From Fimbriosthenelais zetlandica (taxonomy: Eukaryota): a stretch of DNA of 64,000 bases. Shown in pieces: positions 29,301-44,600 of the stretch. The stretch is taken from contig OZ365112.1 of assembly GCA_977030845.1 (NCBI GenBank), positions 18,662,001 to 18,726,000 on the forward strand, read 5' to 3'. Below the pieces are notes generated by a model, which was given only the letters and a program-made list of their open reading frames with translations, searched no databases and was not told where the DNA came from. Position 1 is the stretch's first letter; each line of letters opens with the position of its first letter. The position numbers and the translations under genes were made by a program.

Positions 29301-29541
29301 TATTGATGAAAATGGTTGCTGACACTTAACAAAAATGAAGTGTATACTGTAATGGTAATCAATATTAAGCCCTACATAAAGAACTAATTGCCTTAAATGA
29401 ACTCACATAGATCTGGTCATGAAGGAAGCGGGCATGTAAGTTCTGTAGAAACGTCTCCTCCACCACTGGTTCCAGCAGGCACATGTCGCTCACCCCGACG
29501 TTGTTGTCCAACAGCGCCACGGCTCCCGCGTGAAGCGCCAT
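17363..29541 (-). CDS. MYO1B: Unconventional class I myosin (Myo1a/Myo1b type): motor, 3 IQ-like motifs, TH1 tail; 1062 aa
   Basis: 27 exons (5'->3'): 29541-29407, 29162-29047, 28902-28808, 28100-27996, 26547-26501, 26261-26198, 26010-25997, 25843-25759, 25619-25513, 25403-25256, 25155-25037, 24875-24789, 24599-24429, 24295-24233, 23075-22881, 22719-22605, 22432-22377, 22267-22134, 21984-21768, 21484-21335, 19547-19386, 18802-18671, 18549-18443, 18353-18218, 18083-17916, 17760-17624, 17486-17363 (3189 nt). P-loop [35 protein letters not shown]; N-terminus [16 protein letters not shown] and tail [13 protein letters not shown] resemble MYO1B/MYO1A. Confidence 0.95.
20848..20877 (-). other. Candidate 30-nt alternative exon with in-frame stop inside the myosin neck intron
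   Basis: cctgtcctctccatgctgcag|GTC TCG CTC ACC AGC TGC CGC TTT GAG TGA|gtaagg; phase 0 matches the upstream exon end at 21335. Not required for the main ORF. Confidence 0.3.
22433..22604 (-). other. GC-AG intron in the myosin gene
   Basis: Exon ends ...CCT GAA G|GCAAGT; the next exon begins GT AAT CCT GAG, restoring LFPE-G-NPE. No GT donor gives this junction. Confidence 0.87.
25997..26010 (-). other. 14-nt coding microexon of myosin I (completes NYLLEK)
   Basis: ctttttctctccag|ATCTGCTTGAAAAA|gtaagt; needed to join ...GGVITN-Y-LLEK-SRVSVQ of the motor domain in frame. Confidence 0.92.
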
Positions 29542-32500
29542 GGCCGCCCTCTGTAAAAACAGGAGGAAAAAGATGAAACAACAAGTGATAAGTTAAACCC
29601 ATCATTCATTCTGATTACCCACAGACAGTAGGCCCCAAGATGATCCCAGCCAGCCACCAAGTCAAATAGCAAACCTCCACTTACACAAATCCCTAAATTG
29701 TTTGCCCACAACAGGCAAAGTAGGATATAGGCTAAGAAGGGATTTAGTTATATTAAGCTCACCTAACAAGGTAAATGGTAGGCTATTACCGTATAATATA
29801 ATATATTATAATATAGGTTAAAAACATTTTTAAAAGATGTTATTTAGCAAAGCATATATTTCATTAGGCCTATACATGGTACTATAGTAGCCTACAATCT
29901 AATGCCAAACCTCATTCACAAAAATTGGCCAACTGCACGGCTTATACGTTTTTTACTGTTCATTCATTTCAACCGAGAATTTAAAAGACATTTGGTGTTT
30001 TTACTTCTAAGAACAGGCCTTCTTCACAAAGAAACAGGTTCCTGAATCTTTTCACCTCTTGGGTTTTAAGAGAATAATATGAGGAAATGCTATCAGTCGG
30101 AGCACAAGTTTTGTTTCAACACGGGGCGAGAGCTTGCCACTGTAGGATACAAATGGACTGATGTACAGTATAGCCTTAATCCTAGCCACTGCGATTGTAA
30201 GTTGATAAGCATATTGCTGTGCTTCCCCTGAGGCTTAGCCTTGAATAGTGAGGCTGGTGGGGAGGAAAGCATTGGCTCGTATCCAGGCAGCAACTCAGCT
30301 ACCGTATCACTCTAATGGTGAAGTATCCAATGAACTGGTCCTAATTGTTCTACTCTGAGAATAACTAAAAATGGGCTAATAACAGAGACTGGCAGCAAGA
30401 AGCAGGGTGAGGGAGGAGAGTGTAAGAAGAGATAGGGGGCTGAGACTGGGTCGGGTGAGCTAAGTGTAAGGCAGACCGGTGTAGGACAGGACATGAGAGG
30501 AGCAAGACTGGGGACTGCAGGAAAAGTGTATGGACAGCAAAGCTAGCATTGGGAGATGCTTTTTTCTGGGATTCCCAAAGAGCCCGAACTAAAATAAATC
30601 CCTCCTGAGGCCATTTAAAAATGTGTATCATATTCCCCATGGATCGGGTATGTGGCCTGGAAATTTGTGATCCAATGCATTTAGGGATGCTATACGGAAA
30701 ATGATGGGCGTGGGAAGGGGGATGGGGAGGAAGGTCGGAGCAGGCCTGCAGCAGAGTACAAGACTCAAATTTGATAGCAGCAACTATCATAGTATCATGG
30801 CTGTCCCCTTAAAGTGTCCCTGAATGAGGCCTGTACAGTTTCACCTGAGTTTGTATCACCAGGAAGCCTTGGGTGGCATTCTTAGGGAGACATCTGTATC
30901 ACTAGCCTACTTGTAGACCTAGAAGTGATATCTCTTGAATATTGACTTAATAGACCTTCTATAATGTAAATTCTGAACTGCTTGCGCATCAGCCTTGTCC
31001 TCCAAATTCAACATTATGGATTAAGACTTGCCATGCCAATAAAAAGTAAAATTAAATTTGAAAGAGAAGCAGATGTTAGGCGCTCATATTACTAGGCTAA
31101 GCGTGGTAATATGATAGGGAAGTTAACCACCTCTCTCTGCCATGTATTTCCTTCTGACATTAGATGATCAAAGAAAAGAACCCAGCCTTATTACACCAGC
31201 CCTTCTGTGACATAGTTCTTGCTCAAGCGACAATAAGAATGGAAAATAACATTTCACTGTAAGTGATATCAAAAATATACATAGTAATAAAGAACTGAAG
31301 AGTTTTATCAGATCTCTCTTGCAGACTATACAATCAGCTAGAAAAAAGCAAAGGTTCTGCTACTTCCATTCTCCCGCCTATCCATCAGTATGTCAAGCTG
31401 AAGCAAGGGTGGAGAACGCACATAACAGATTAGTTATTCACCTCTTTCTTCATTAATGCTACACACCACCAACAAGGCCTTGGTTTTGCTGTCTGTCTCT
31501 CTCACAATGGTGAGCCACCCAATGCCATCAACATCACAAATTCCTGGTGCTGAGAACAGACTGCATCAACATAAGAATCAACCAGATTTGGGAGGAAATG
31601 CTCCCAGTCTGTCTCCACTACTGTATAAATCAGTGGGTCACCTTTAAGTCGCCGACCTCTACTATTCCCTTTACAACATCCAAAAACATCCAATTGATGA
31701 CCTCTTCTCTTTCACCAGCTCTAGTATAATCCCTCATCTTGTAGCAATCTTCCTCATCATTCAATTCAGTCTCGTCTTATTGCCTACTCTCCCTTCTACT
31801 TCTCATCAACCTCCTTCTGATCTCCCTCCCTCTACAACACTCTCTCCCAGAAACCAGTTTGCCCTCCACTGCCCCATCTCGGCAGGGACGCCTTGAAGAC
31901 TGTATATTGTGGCCAACTATCTTCCGCTTGTGTGGCCGCTAGGTGAGGAGTACGACCGATAGATGGCGCTAAGTGGTTCTATTAGGGGCGAAGGCCTTCA
32001 TGGAAGGTTGCTATGGTGATTGATTCAAGAGGGGCAGTGTGTGGCGAGAAGTGAAGCATTGTGAACTGTGAGAGACAAAATCTTCAAAGGAGGTACAATG
32101 ATCTTCATGAACAAAAACAATCATTTACATCTGTATGTACGTCTTAATCTTACTCGATTCATGCCCACAAACTATTGGCATTTCTAGTCGGGGTTAGTAA
32201 ACTCCAAATCCTGTAATGCATACTCTATGGACTAAAAAACCACGAGTCCTGAGTCCTAATGTCAACCCGTACTCTATCCTTTAACTATAGGTCAATCATG
32301 AGATTAACCTGAGACCTGATTAACCTGATTAACCTGGGGCTGAGGGAAGGAGCGACAAGTATCAGTGCATTTACTGTATCAACACATTATCTAAAACATA
32401 TTTTCAGCATGGGCATTTTGTAAATCATCTATCATCTTTATTTAGACAATGCACATTTCTGTCTAAACCTCTATAGGTCAATGTACTCTTATTAAGAACT

Positions 32501-35500
32501 CAAGTGGAAGCAATGTCTGCAGACACGAGATCCCAGGTGTGAGAGAGGGGAAGACACCTGGTCAAGTATAGAAGGCACGTCACAGTGTCTGACAGCTGAG
32601 ACGCCGACTGTGACATGTCTACATTGCATGACTTGTAGTCGTCATTAGTGTCTAGTCATTAGTCCTTCCTCCCTGGATGGCTCCTAGCAGAGTTAAAGAT
32701 AATGACCACATGAAAAAATGATCAATAGCCTGTTTAGCTCCACTCAGACAATGTAGTCCTAAAACGCCCGGGGCGATGAGGGAATACAGTATAACAAATA
32801 ATAGTCTAGAATAGAAAAAAAACAAATTACAAAAAGAGATCCCATTTCAAATGTTCTTGTTTCAGAATCAAGGTTTCAGGGAGCAGTTGGTGACAAATGA
32901 AATATACCAAAGTACATTGAACAAAGTACATTAAATAACATCCAAGGTACGGAATCAAGTTATCCACATGAATTAAATTTAATTCCAAGCAGGTTGTGCT
33001 GAAGTTTTATGGGCATACATCCCAAACCAGATACAGTCCCGAGACATATTTACCATCCTTAAATCATATCACTTTGGTCACCATCAATACCGAACACTTG
33101 CACATGACAATAGACATGCATAGTGCTGCTCCTTTGGGAGGGTCTTATCAGTCATATTCATTGTTGTATGGGTATGTGAGGCATGTATAAGGGTGAGTTG
33201 TAACATACGACTGGCAGACTAATGTGGCCCGGTAGAGATAATAAGTACAGACAGCAGTCCTTGCCTGCTCATCTTCTGATGCCCACTGCTCTAACCATCC
33301 CCTGGGATGGCCGTCGGAAGCGGGAGAGCCATCACAACCACTCCTGGTATTTGGCTCAGGGCCACAGCTTTCTCAGTGCACAAAGGTCAAGTAGGGAAGA
33401 AGGAGAGACATGGATAATGTGGTCATGTGATAAGGTCACTTGTCCTCAGGTATAAGCTTGGACTGTAGATGGACACAGTGATAGATACAAATACATGTGG
33501 AAACAATGGACTCCTCCCAGCCTGGCATGCTGTTTCTTTTCACATTCGTTACTTCCCATTGTGAGCTCAATCAAGCAAACTCACAACAGACCTACAGTAC
33601 TAGACAGAGTAGCTCAGTAGAAAATGGGTCGCGAGCAGTTGTGTGGCTGAGGCAGACTTAACGACAGAGCAGTGCTGAGCAGGTGCAAGACGCAGGATGC
33701 CTGTGTACAGGCATAGAGGGATGGTACATGGGAAGGGGTTAAGTACAGGGGAGTCGGAGCAGGGAAGCAGGCCTGTGAGTAGCATATAACAAATGGACTT
33801 TGACACAGGCTTTTGCTCCTCAAATTTATGCGCAACCATTATATTTCACTTTTCATCCTATATGTAAGAGGCAGTATCGGTACATGTATACATGGCAGCT
33901 CCAATTTTAAAAATATTTATGGGATATTTCCTTCCAGAGGATCATAAAGCCCAGATTCACCAAGGCTTATAAATGGTTGGGTATCGGGTGTCTATATCTA
34001 TTATGATAAAGGAGATAATACCCTTCATCTTTGACCTAGAATGCTGTAGCTGATATTGCGTTATATATATGTATGTATTATCTTTCTGAGAAAGGAACTT
34101 TATCTTGTGGCATTCTCACAGCACCATGGTACTAAATGATAAACACGTCTTATATTCCTTGGTGGAAACAAGATAAGACAGATGGCATGGCATGGGGACG
34201 AAATCAATGAGTGGTTTAAATGACCACCGTGTGGATCGCCAGCTCAATGTACCACTGTACAGACAAAGTGTTGAAAAACAAACTCTATGTTCAGGGTGTA
34301 TACATGAGCAGAGCCTCAGGCACTTGTAAATAAGTCAATGTAGGGCTTTGATTTTAGGTACACTGAAGGACAGCGAAGGCAATTATTCAACTTAAAGATG
34401 GGCCAACCAGTTAGGACGAGCGTCAAAATGTATTAGCAGAGAACTGCCTTTTTTCAAACTGGACACCAAAATAAGAATGAACAATTAAATAAGTCTACTT
34501 TATATACTGCATGCTATGGACAAAATTAATGAAATATTAAAAGGACCAGTCAACTAAGAAAGGCTATAGCAAGGCCGTGTTTGCCTGGATTCAATTCAAT
34601 TAGTGCAAAACCTTCCAGATAAGAGAATAATATAGAATATAAGGATGAGTATAAAATATTCAGCAATAGAGGCATTGTAACATTATAAATCATATACCTT
34701 TCAAATAAAGACGGAGTTCTTGACAGGAAGTATCCGGGTCAACACAAAACAGGACAAGGGACAAACAGGAGCCTGGGAGATCTGTAGCTCAGGATGTGAT
34801 CAACTTACTGTCACCTATATCTGTGTAATATTGTTTGGGAAAAGATCCTCTTACAACAGTATAAATGCTACCACACCTAGTCTGTTATCAACCTATATAA
34901 CATATGACACCACATGTGATATGGGGGCCACTCATTTTTATCTTTCAATTAGATATAAATTTTAACTGTACGGTACCCAAGATACTAGTATCTTTGACTG
35001 TAATAGATATCGCTGCCGGTCATTATTCTAGGTTCAATGTCCAAAGACGCCATAATTTAACCAGTGATTTTACAATTTACAATTTTCCACTTTGGAAACA
35101 CCTGACATTAGAATTTCTGTGAACTGGCCTATTTTAAGTGTGCCTAACACAGTGGGTGACTTGTAAATCCGTTAAATACCGGTACACTGAACAAAAGAAC
35201 CTAAAATCTTGTGCTTTAGCCTCGGGGGACTTGAAGGTGTCCAATCTAATCCGACCATTCTGTGTGACAGAATTCGAGGACACAGGATGGAGGTGGGCTA
35301 ATCCAGCAGTACACCAACTGATCTGTCCATACATGCCCCTCCTCCTCTCCTCCTACCAGTGGTCGCAGGCGGGTGGGCAGGAGGAGGGGGTAACATTAGC
35401 AAAAATTACCCCCTGTAAGAGCATTGGGGAGCTGGGGACACGCAGGGCAAGCCTGTTCCTGGAAAGTTTCACCATTGGCAGGCTAGACATGTTTTTATGT

Positions 35501-38500
35501 CTAAAACAGTCAGGTTGAACATTACAGGAGGGCTGGAGGTGGGCGGACCAGCACCCCAGTCATACACATGGACCAGGAGTTGCACTGGTGTTGGGGAGTT
35601 ATATAGTGATTATAATGGGTATGGTATATGGGGGTGGGGGTGGGATATCAGCTGATGCTTCTGCAAGAACAGACCACAGTTGTATCCTAAATGGGTGATA
35701 TATATAAGAAAATATGAGAGGTGGAAGGAATTGACTGAAAAATGTAGAGGTTTTATAAGGATAAATGGAATGGGGTTGGAAGGAGCTGAAGCAAGTTGCA
35801 TGAAAGTGGCGAGGTTGTAAGAGGTGTGGGTATATTGAATATTGAGTCGAAACAGAAGACATGCACTATAAATAGCCTCATGCCAATAAATGCCCAACAC
35901 CATGACACCAATTCTATTAATATGAGTGACTTGTCTAGTCCACCTCAATGCCCGCCTCCAGTCTACAGGGACCTGTCCAGGAGTCCTTATTATCCTCCTC
36001 CAAATCCATCCTCTGGTAAAGCCCTAACGTCACTGGTGTAGTCCTCTGATCGCAATCCCTCTACTATTACTCTATACATCCTTGAAATGGCTCTAGATCC
36101 TGAATCTATCAAGGGCTCTCCATCACTAACTAAAGTGCCCTTGTTACAGTAACTTTAAAACTTCCAACTTTCAAATTACATGCATTTCGGTGAGGGAAAT
36201 GCGAAATCTCTCTTCAAATGAGAAAGAAGGAACAATTTGATTATACAAATGAAACTGAAAACTCATGATCATGGCAATGTACTTCTGGATACATCCATGG
36301 CAATAAATCTTTGCCAACTGCCTAGAGGGGAATCAGAAAATGGGGCTCAGCATCAGGCACCCGAGTTTGCTGGCGGTTTTAACAGATGCATAGGCCGCAG
36401 GAGGAGGCACATATATCGACCCGATGTCTTGAGTAGAACCTTAAAACATACTCAATCACTAGAGTCTAGTACACGGATTCCCCCTCTAAGAACTGTCATC
36501 TTTGCAAATCAAAAGAGGGCAGGGAACTGCCCGCAGCTGCATTACTACTCAGGCTGTAGTCACCCATTAAAAAGACCCACATCATCTTAATCTAATCAGG
36601 ATGACTGCAGATTGTGAAATTGGAAGAGCTTAAAACGGATTAATCAGTGGAGAGTACCTTCAAATTCAGCCAGAGGCAGAGATGCGGATAAAAGGTATCT
36701 CCGTGAATCAAGTAATATCTCTATGGTAATCAAGGAAGTAAGGAGACTAACACAGAGGCTAGAATGGTACTCATTCACTGATAAACTTTTTCATTGTTGT
36801 AATTTAGAGATATAAATATGTTTTAATAGCCATAGATTTTTCCCTCAGGCAGGATATATCAAGAAGTTTGGTTGCCGAGACAAGAATCCTGTCTCAATAT
36901 GTTCCACCATTAAAACCATGTCATACAAGGATGTCCACGTGAATTTCTGAGCAACTAAATAAAGCACCATATTAAACATTCAGGCGAGGGAGTATTTTAG
37001 GTACATATCAAACCAACAATGACAGAATGGGAGGGCCTCAAACTGACACTGTGTGATGAATAGAGAGATAGCAGCCAACAGTGAGGCTAGAGGTGGCAAG
37101 AATGAAGGTGGCTCGCTGGCAATGAGAAGCAGTGACTAATTGCAGCCATTCTCACAAACCTTCAATTTGGAGAGATACATGTGATAAAAGTATGGAACAA
37201 TAAGCAATCTGCAAGGGACTAGCGTATTAATAGATACCATAGAGACTTGTCTAAAATGTTAAAAACCAATGCTTAAAATTGTGATGAATTAATTTTAAAT
37301 CAATGTATAGCTATGAAAAGGCCCTATTCGCCAAGCTAGCAGGTACCAATAATCAAAATACTGTTGGGTAAGACAATGACATAGGAAATATAGCTGGACC
37401 ATAAAGAGTTATGGAAAGTCATCTTTTAAAAAATTAAGGATGGGTTGAAGGATAGCAGGGCCGAGTATTAAATGACATACTTTATTTACTCAAGATCAAG
37501 CTGGCAGCTGGTCTGGTTTGCCCTTTTCATGGAAGTCACGGCAGTTTTGGAACAAGCGGCCAAATTGCACGACACTGGGCTGGAAATTGGCAATAGAAGG
37601 CGCCAAAACCCAATAGGCACATTAAGGCCAAGTAGCAGTGAGAAATAAGGTCAGCGTTATTGCTCTTGCTGGCCTGAATAGGTGCTTTACCAATCACTAC
37701 TTCCTCCACGTCCCAAACCTGCCCCACAACCTTATCATTGACCCTTCATGTCTTAGATCTCCACGGCTACCATCGCCTGTAAGATATGGCAGTGTAGGGG
37801 TCCAACCTATAAGTTTACAGTCATAATTCAAAACCATTATACATCCGACAATTCTGGTCCGGTTTCCAGATATATCTCCTCCCAAGACCTCGAGATAATG
37901 GCATTAGTAATCCAACCCGACCTTCAACTTAGACCGGACATCTATATATTTGAGTGTGGAGCTATAATACCTAACAATAATATGAAGCTAGATCAAGGCA
38001 TGACCATGAAAGTCAATCTTTCAACCACCGCCCAATCAAATCTCATCGCATATTCCGGAGTCCTGTTTTTGCAATCAAGTTATTGACCACGAGCCAATCA
38101 AATCAATCAAATCCTCGCCGTTTTTCGCCGACAATCCTTATAACCATACCTACATCTATAGCCAGCCCAGCCCAGCAATTAATATCACCTATAGACGCGC
38201 TACCAGTATTACCTTATCAATCACACCAGCTCCATACACAGCATAAATCCTAATTCACATCATTATTATCACAACTGGTCAGCTAACTGAACAATGTCAT
38301 GATAAAATTATCTCTCTTACAATCCTGAAGGCAAGGGAATGAATGGGGCGCAATAGGACCAGACGGCGGATGAGATGGCAATAGAATAAGAGTTGTAATG
38401 AAAGAGAGCAAGGAGAGGCGAGGAATGGGAGAAAACCTGGAGAAGGAGAGAAGAAATAAGCTGGATGCAGAGCAGGGAGAGGAAGAAGAAGAGAGGTAGA

Positions 38501-41422
38501 ATGAGAAGTGAGTGCATCTGGTGGTAGAGAGTGAGGTGGGAGGTACTGGAGGAGGTGCTTGCTGAAGGCACTGTTTACTGATGGAATCTGGAGAGCAGCT
38601 AAGAAAAGCAGACCACCTTTTTACTTCAACGGGAGACATTCTGTGTAGGGGACAAAGTCCCATGAGAACCTCTTTGTGTGACATCTCAATAGGTGATAGC
38701 TATAGTGGGGATACCTCATGCTTATGCATTATCAATTCCTCCTGTTTTCTTAGCTTCCAGGGGACATCGCCAATCTGACATGCCCTCCACCCCCAGCAAC
38801 GCCACCTCTGCCTCCTACCGGCAGCCAAGAACACTACGGCTTCATGACAAGATTATCAATGTGCTAGGAGAAAACTGGTGGCTTTCATTTTGCAATCTAA
38901 TCCTTGTGCTTAGCAAAGGCACATTTTTTCCTCAATGGCAAGGATCAATGATCTATATATTATATGAAAACGGGTATCAATATGAGATGCAATTTTACCA
39001 GTAGGTATATATAAGCCTGGAATATTATAGCCTCATTTATACAGTATTATGCAAATAGAAATTTGTAAGGACATTTATATAAGGACGTGTGTCTGTACAT
39101 GGTAAATATATTGATGTATACATAAGACTAAAGAGAAATACCGATAGAGGAAAAGGGTGTAGTTTTAGGTAAGGTTAGCCTACCTGAGTTAACGACACAG
39201 AGTGAAGCCCAATCACAGCATGTCCAGCTGCCGCTCAGGGGGCGGGCGAGTTAATCTGTAAATCCACACAGTGTCTACATAGTGAGCCGGCACCTGGTAT
39301 CATCCAGCCATCCACATACAGCCGTAATCCAGCACAACCCTCGTTAACAATATAAACCTGAAAAAACGAGCAGACAGTGAGAGCCATGGTGGGCGGGCCA
39401 GTAATAGTCATATACAACCATATACCTCATAGACTAAATGTATACAATGGTCATCCAATGATCTGTTACATAAAGATCATGTTTGTTCTGTATAAGATGG
39501 ATAGGGTCAACAGCCATCCATCAATTTACAACAGATGATTTATGTAATGTCATGAACTATCAGAAATAAACATCAATATACCATATAACTTCACCTAGAT
39601 ATGTATACTAATACTGTACATCAATCAAAATCCCTATATTGTACCTTATAAAGCAAATTGGGAGATTTCCCCCATAAGTACTATTACATAGCTAGGAATT
39701 GAATGCTGAAGTTTCCCATTCCATTCAACAAAATGTTCTAAGCTGAAGTTTACCATCATCGACCGTTTTTTAAAGTAACTCTAAAATTTACGATTGACAA
39801 ATCCTAAGCGGAAATGCTGATCACTCCAATAATGGCATGGAACTAGGAACATCAGAGTTAAAAAACAGAGGGATTTCCCTCTTTCCATTAACATGTTTTT
39901 TTTAATGTACATTCAATAGAAAATTACAATGTGTTCTCTGTCTGAACTACAGAAGCATCATTCTTCTAAAGCAATTGATATGGCACTATTTTTTCTATCA
40001 TTTAAACACTTGATGCATCTTTAATTGCCGTCATTATCATATTGTGTATATGCCCCTCACCGTGAAGCAGTGTAGCAGTTATAAGCCATCACTTGTTCCT
40101 ATTGTATATCAGTTACATACAATCTATATGCCTATCCATCTCATTAACAAGAAGCTTGGCTTCACATCCTCTCTGCCCAGACCTGTCCTTGTCCCACATT
40201 CCTGGATGCATTTCAAACCACACCTGCGTCCTTTTACAACAGCAGCAAAAAAGACCACCCAGTGCTTGGCACAGCTGCTTCAAGCTCTTTGATGCACAAC
40301 TACTTATAACATGATTGCATCACAAAGAGTTAGTATGGCTCTCTGTCTTAAGACAGTCAGTGCTACCGTCTTCTAATTGATATAGGGACGATATACCATC
40401 ATATACTGCAGCAGAAAGCTAGCAGTACATGTTGCCTCGTGGCAACATTATAAGTTAGGTTTAGGTCAATCTAAAGCCAGAATAAAGCAGCCTAAAGATC
40501 TCTATGGACATGAAGAAATCTATGCATGAAATATTTATCCAAATAATGTAGCCTATAGCAGTCCATTAGGGCTGGAAGTAGCATGCCACTGGTTTAATTA
40601 CATGAGCAAGCATAGGTTATTCCTCGTAAAAATACATGGGCCGTATCCCCAAGGTAGCAATTGTAAAGGATGCTTCTACAATCGTTATGTCCTACACCAC
40701 TTTGAAGATCTGTACTCTACGATTCATGGCCACTAAGCAATGGCTGTGGCGGCCAGTATAGGAGTGTGAGACTGTAGTAGGTGGTGTTGTCGAGATCTAT
40801 GTTATGTACATATTTGATCTGGCTGTGTCAATGGCCGGGGATGTACAAGTAACATTTGTCTGCACTTGCGAGCAGCAGGTCCCGGGCCTGGTGGAAATGG
40901 GTCTGATGTGAGAGCTTGGATCCGCCACAAGCCCCACACAATTACTTCCCATTACAAGGCACCGAGATGATACAGAGGGAGCCTGGCACCAGAAATAACA
41001 CAACATGCTGCCACATCTGACTGGCGAGCTTTTGCTACTCAGCAAAGTGGAAAATTCTTGGTGTTTGACTGTGAAACTGCCAACTGTGATTGTGGGAAAT
41101 GGTGAATCTCAGACTGCTTCCTGGCGAGAGGTATTCCAATCCACTTTTTTCCTGTATATTTCTACTTTATAATAGTCAATATTTATACATGTCATTTCTA
41201 CGAAAGACATTGGAGTAGGAAGGGAGTCTATCCTTCGTAATATCAATCACAGTAAATTGAATTCACATTATTGCTTTCAGATAATTCTGAATATCGTCTC
41301 TGAAAACCAAATGTCAGACTCCCTCCAACTGTATGAGATTTTATTTTGAGTCGAGAAGAGAGAACAATTCTGAAAAACAGGGCAAGACCCAATAGAGAAG
41401 ATTTATGGTGGTCTCCTATATA

Positions 41423-41674
41423 AGGTCAATGTGAATGGTGGCCTGTGGGGAGAGGCTGGGCTGAAGCATTCCAGCAGGTCAATGTGAATGAAGGCTCTTC
41501 CTCTCCTTTATTTAGGTCAATATGAATGGAAGCCCCATAGACAGAAGCAGGGTATCCTCCTATAATATTAGATCAATGGAAATGAATGCTCTTGTCTTCT
41601 AGGGTGGGTTAATCTAAAATGAATGACGGTCCAACAGATAGGGGTAGGGTGAAGATATGTATAGTAGGTCAATG
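41423..41674. repeat. Degenerate dispersed repeats of AGGTCAATG(T)GAATG
   Basis: Copies start at 41423, 41476, 41514, 41570 (variant) and 41666. Confidence 0.55.
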
Positions 41675-44600
41675 GGAAGCTGTGTAGAAGGACAGACTGT
41701 GCCTGTCCAGTAGAGTTGAGGACAGGTGTAGGAGTATCAACTAATCCTGGCCCATCAGGCGGTCGTGAGAGAGCCAGGCCTGCTCTGCCAGCTGCCAGGT
41801 CAGCCCCAAGTTCCCATCATTCCTTCCTCAGCACAACATCCGTCAGGCCAGGATCGATTTGATCGTGGTCGAACCACTGCGATTAAACCCACGGGAGTGG
41901 AAAAATGGGAAACGGGGTGAACGCTGAACCCACGCTTTACAAACCTATAGTTTTCACAAGCATGGCCCCATTAAAGATTCCTCCCTAATGTTTCTTGAGG
42001 CCGTGATTCAAACATATTTCATCATTAATTAATTGGAGCATTGGTGCTATGCGTTTATTCCACCTAAATAAATATTCTGAGATAAGAAATCGCCGAAACT
42101 TTAAATCAAAGAAATCTTTTTTCCTCAGATCTAATTTTTAAATGATCAATTAATGTCGGGGTCCGATCTAAAATGCAGGCAAAATACAACATGATCAGCT
42201 TCCTCTATGTTGCCCCTGGGTTTCTCCTTGAACTAGATATTTCCTACTATCCACTGCGAAGAGCTATGTGAGAATGACCTTTATTTCAGTCGTAGAAGAA
42301 TGAAGTAGAATCAGGCTGTGTCCCAGGAGAAGAGTCAGCTAGTCTTGAGATACGGCCATTACATTCTCATTATTTTGAGGCCTCCCAGCAAGTTTCCTCT
42401 TCCCTATGTATAAGGAAAATTTCTCCATCAAATCTTCTTTCATTACTTAATAAAATATTCTTTTTAAACCTAATTTATAGAAAAAGATTGAGATTCAAGA
42501 TGGCCGAAAAACAGTTTCATAGCGCTTGTCTGATACACTGTTAAAAATAATTGTTAAAATGAGAGTCAACACTCTCCATGAATAATCCAAGCCAAAGGAC
42601 CCCCCCCCCCTGTTTTAGCATGTCTTTGGGAGAGAGTAATAAGAAATGCATAGGGATTCTAACTACATGGCCCACAGTCGGAAGTCGCCCCAGATAAGGC
42701 GTAGGGAACATTTCCAAATTGGCAGGAGAGTGTACAGAAGCCGTCAAATAAAAGAAGGACTGGGCTTCTATGGCAAAGCTAATCTACATCTAACATAGTG
42801 TGAATAATCACTTGTTCCCCAGAAAACTAGGAGTTGAAAACTACATATCACGTTTAAATGGCTTAAGGATCTCGGAATCTCCAGAAATATTTCGGCAAAA
42901 TCCTAGAATGAAACCGTTTTGAATCAAGTATCATCACTCTGGAGCTTCCCAAATCACAGCACGATCTAATAGCCATTGATTTGTATGTATGTGGCCATTT
43001 ATTATTTGTGGGAATATCCCAGTGCGCCCAAGCTATTGGGGCGCGTGTATAAGGGGTTCTTCTAATCGATGTCCTAATGATACGGCATGGGTAGGACAAG
43101 TTCCTTGCTCGCCTGACAAGCGCCTGGACCAGCCAGGGTGCCACCATTCAACATGTTAACCTGGCGCGAGAATCCTCAAGAGGAGGGGAAGAGAAAGTAG
43201 CAGGCAGAAGAGGGGAAGAAAGAATGAAAGAGAAGGGGGAGAAAGTGGGAGAAGAGGGCTGGAGCTGGGGAGAATTAGATCCAGTCCTGTCATCTAAGCC
43301 CTCTCTATATAAGCTTTCCTCTCACGTCTAATCCTGGTATGACCCACCTATATATACTCTACCTCGACAGTACAAATCTTGGCAACTGGTTGTGTAAATA
43401 CAGTTAACCTACAAAATAAACCCACTAAATAAATCTTCATCTTTCTAATATTTTTGAAGACAGATGGTCTTCAACAGCGTCAAACATGAATTAATATGTG
43501 CCATTTGGTGTGTATGGAGGATCAATGTCGTGCAGCACGTGGAAAGTGAGGACAAATGCACCCAGAGAGATAGTCAGTGTTAGCTCAGGATCAACATGGG
43601 GATCAGATGGATCCAGGCCGGCTGTGACAGTCCAAAGTCATAACCCAGCATACTGCCCTATAAAGAAAGGGATTTACTTCATGATTGAACTTCATCTGAG
43701 AACCAGACTCAAGCAGATGTTGAGCTCTAACCTTGTTATATGGAAATATTTAAATATAATATTCTTATAAGGGGAGTATTAGATGGTCCATTATCGCTGA
43801 TCAGTAATAATGTTAAAATCAAGAGGATGTTACAGGTAACATAGTTTGTGGACTTGACACATGAGAGGCAATACAAAACAAAGGTGGTAGAAACATGAAG
43901 CCTTTGGTAACTGCAAGGCAGGTGGCACAGACAAACAAATAACTCCAGTCAGTATCCTGATATATGCACAGACCAAAGAGGGGGAAAAGTAATATAGAGT
44001 AAGATTATTATATATGAGAGACTGGAAGAGAGTGCAGAATTTATCTCCTGTTAGTGGTATATATGTGGATGAGGAATACGGCAGATGTATTTATCACCAT
44101 TACAGGATAACAGGGTAGATGTTTAGTTTGAGAAGAAAAGGAATATTTAGATGATAATGAATGGTATAGGGCCTACATCTTTAATTGAAAAGATCCATAC
44201 ATTATTCACATAAATAACTACTTATTAGCCAAGGAAATATAGCAAATATAAAGCTAGTTTAAATTTGTTATTTTCATAAGAAAACCTGACCTAAAAGGTC
44301 ATATCGATATATGATTATTTGTCCCTGACTCTGAGACACATACGTGGTGTGTATGACATTAATTGAGACTGACCAGTGCATACAATGACCAGAGGTCAGT
44401 GTGACAGCCTGCCTCGTATATATAGCTAAGGGAGTTTCCTCTCTTATTCACAGAACCAACTTGTACCCATCCACCAACTAGACTATCTTAACATCACACA
44501 AAGCACTCACCAAACTGAATTAAGAGAAGGCGGAGAGCCTGAGGTGCCACCATCTTGTAGCAGAAGGCATTAATTGACGTTGATGAGGGAAGGGTGTGTG

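Noticed and set aside
38283-38684. ORFs of 133 and 84 aa on the minus strand
   Set aside because: GA/CT low-complexity DNA; no family similarity or splice support.
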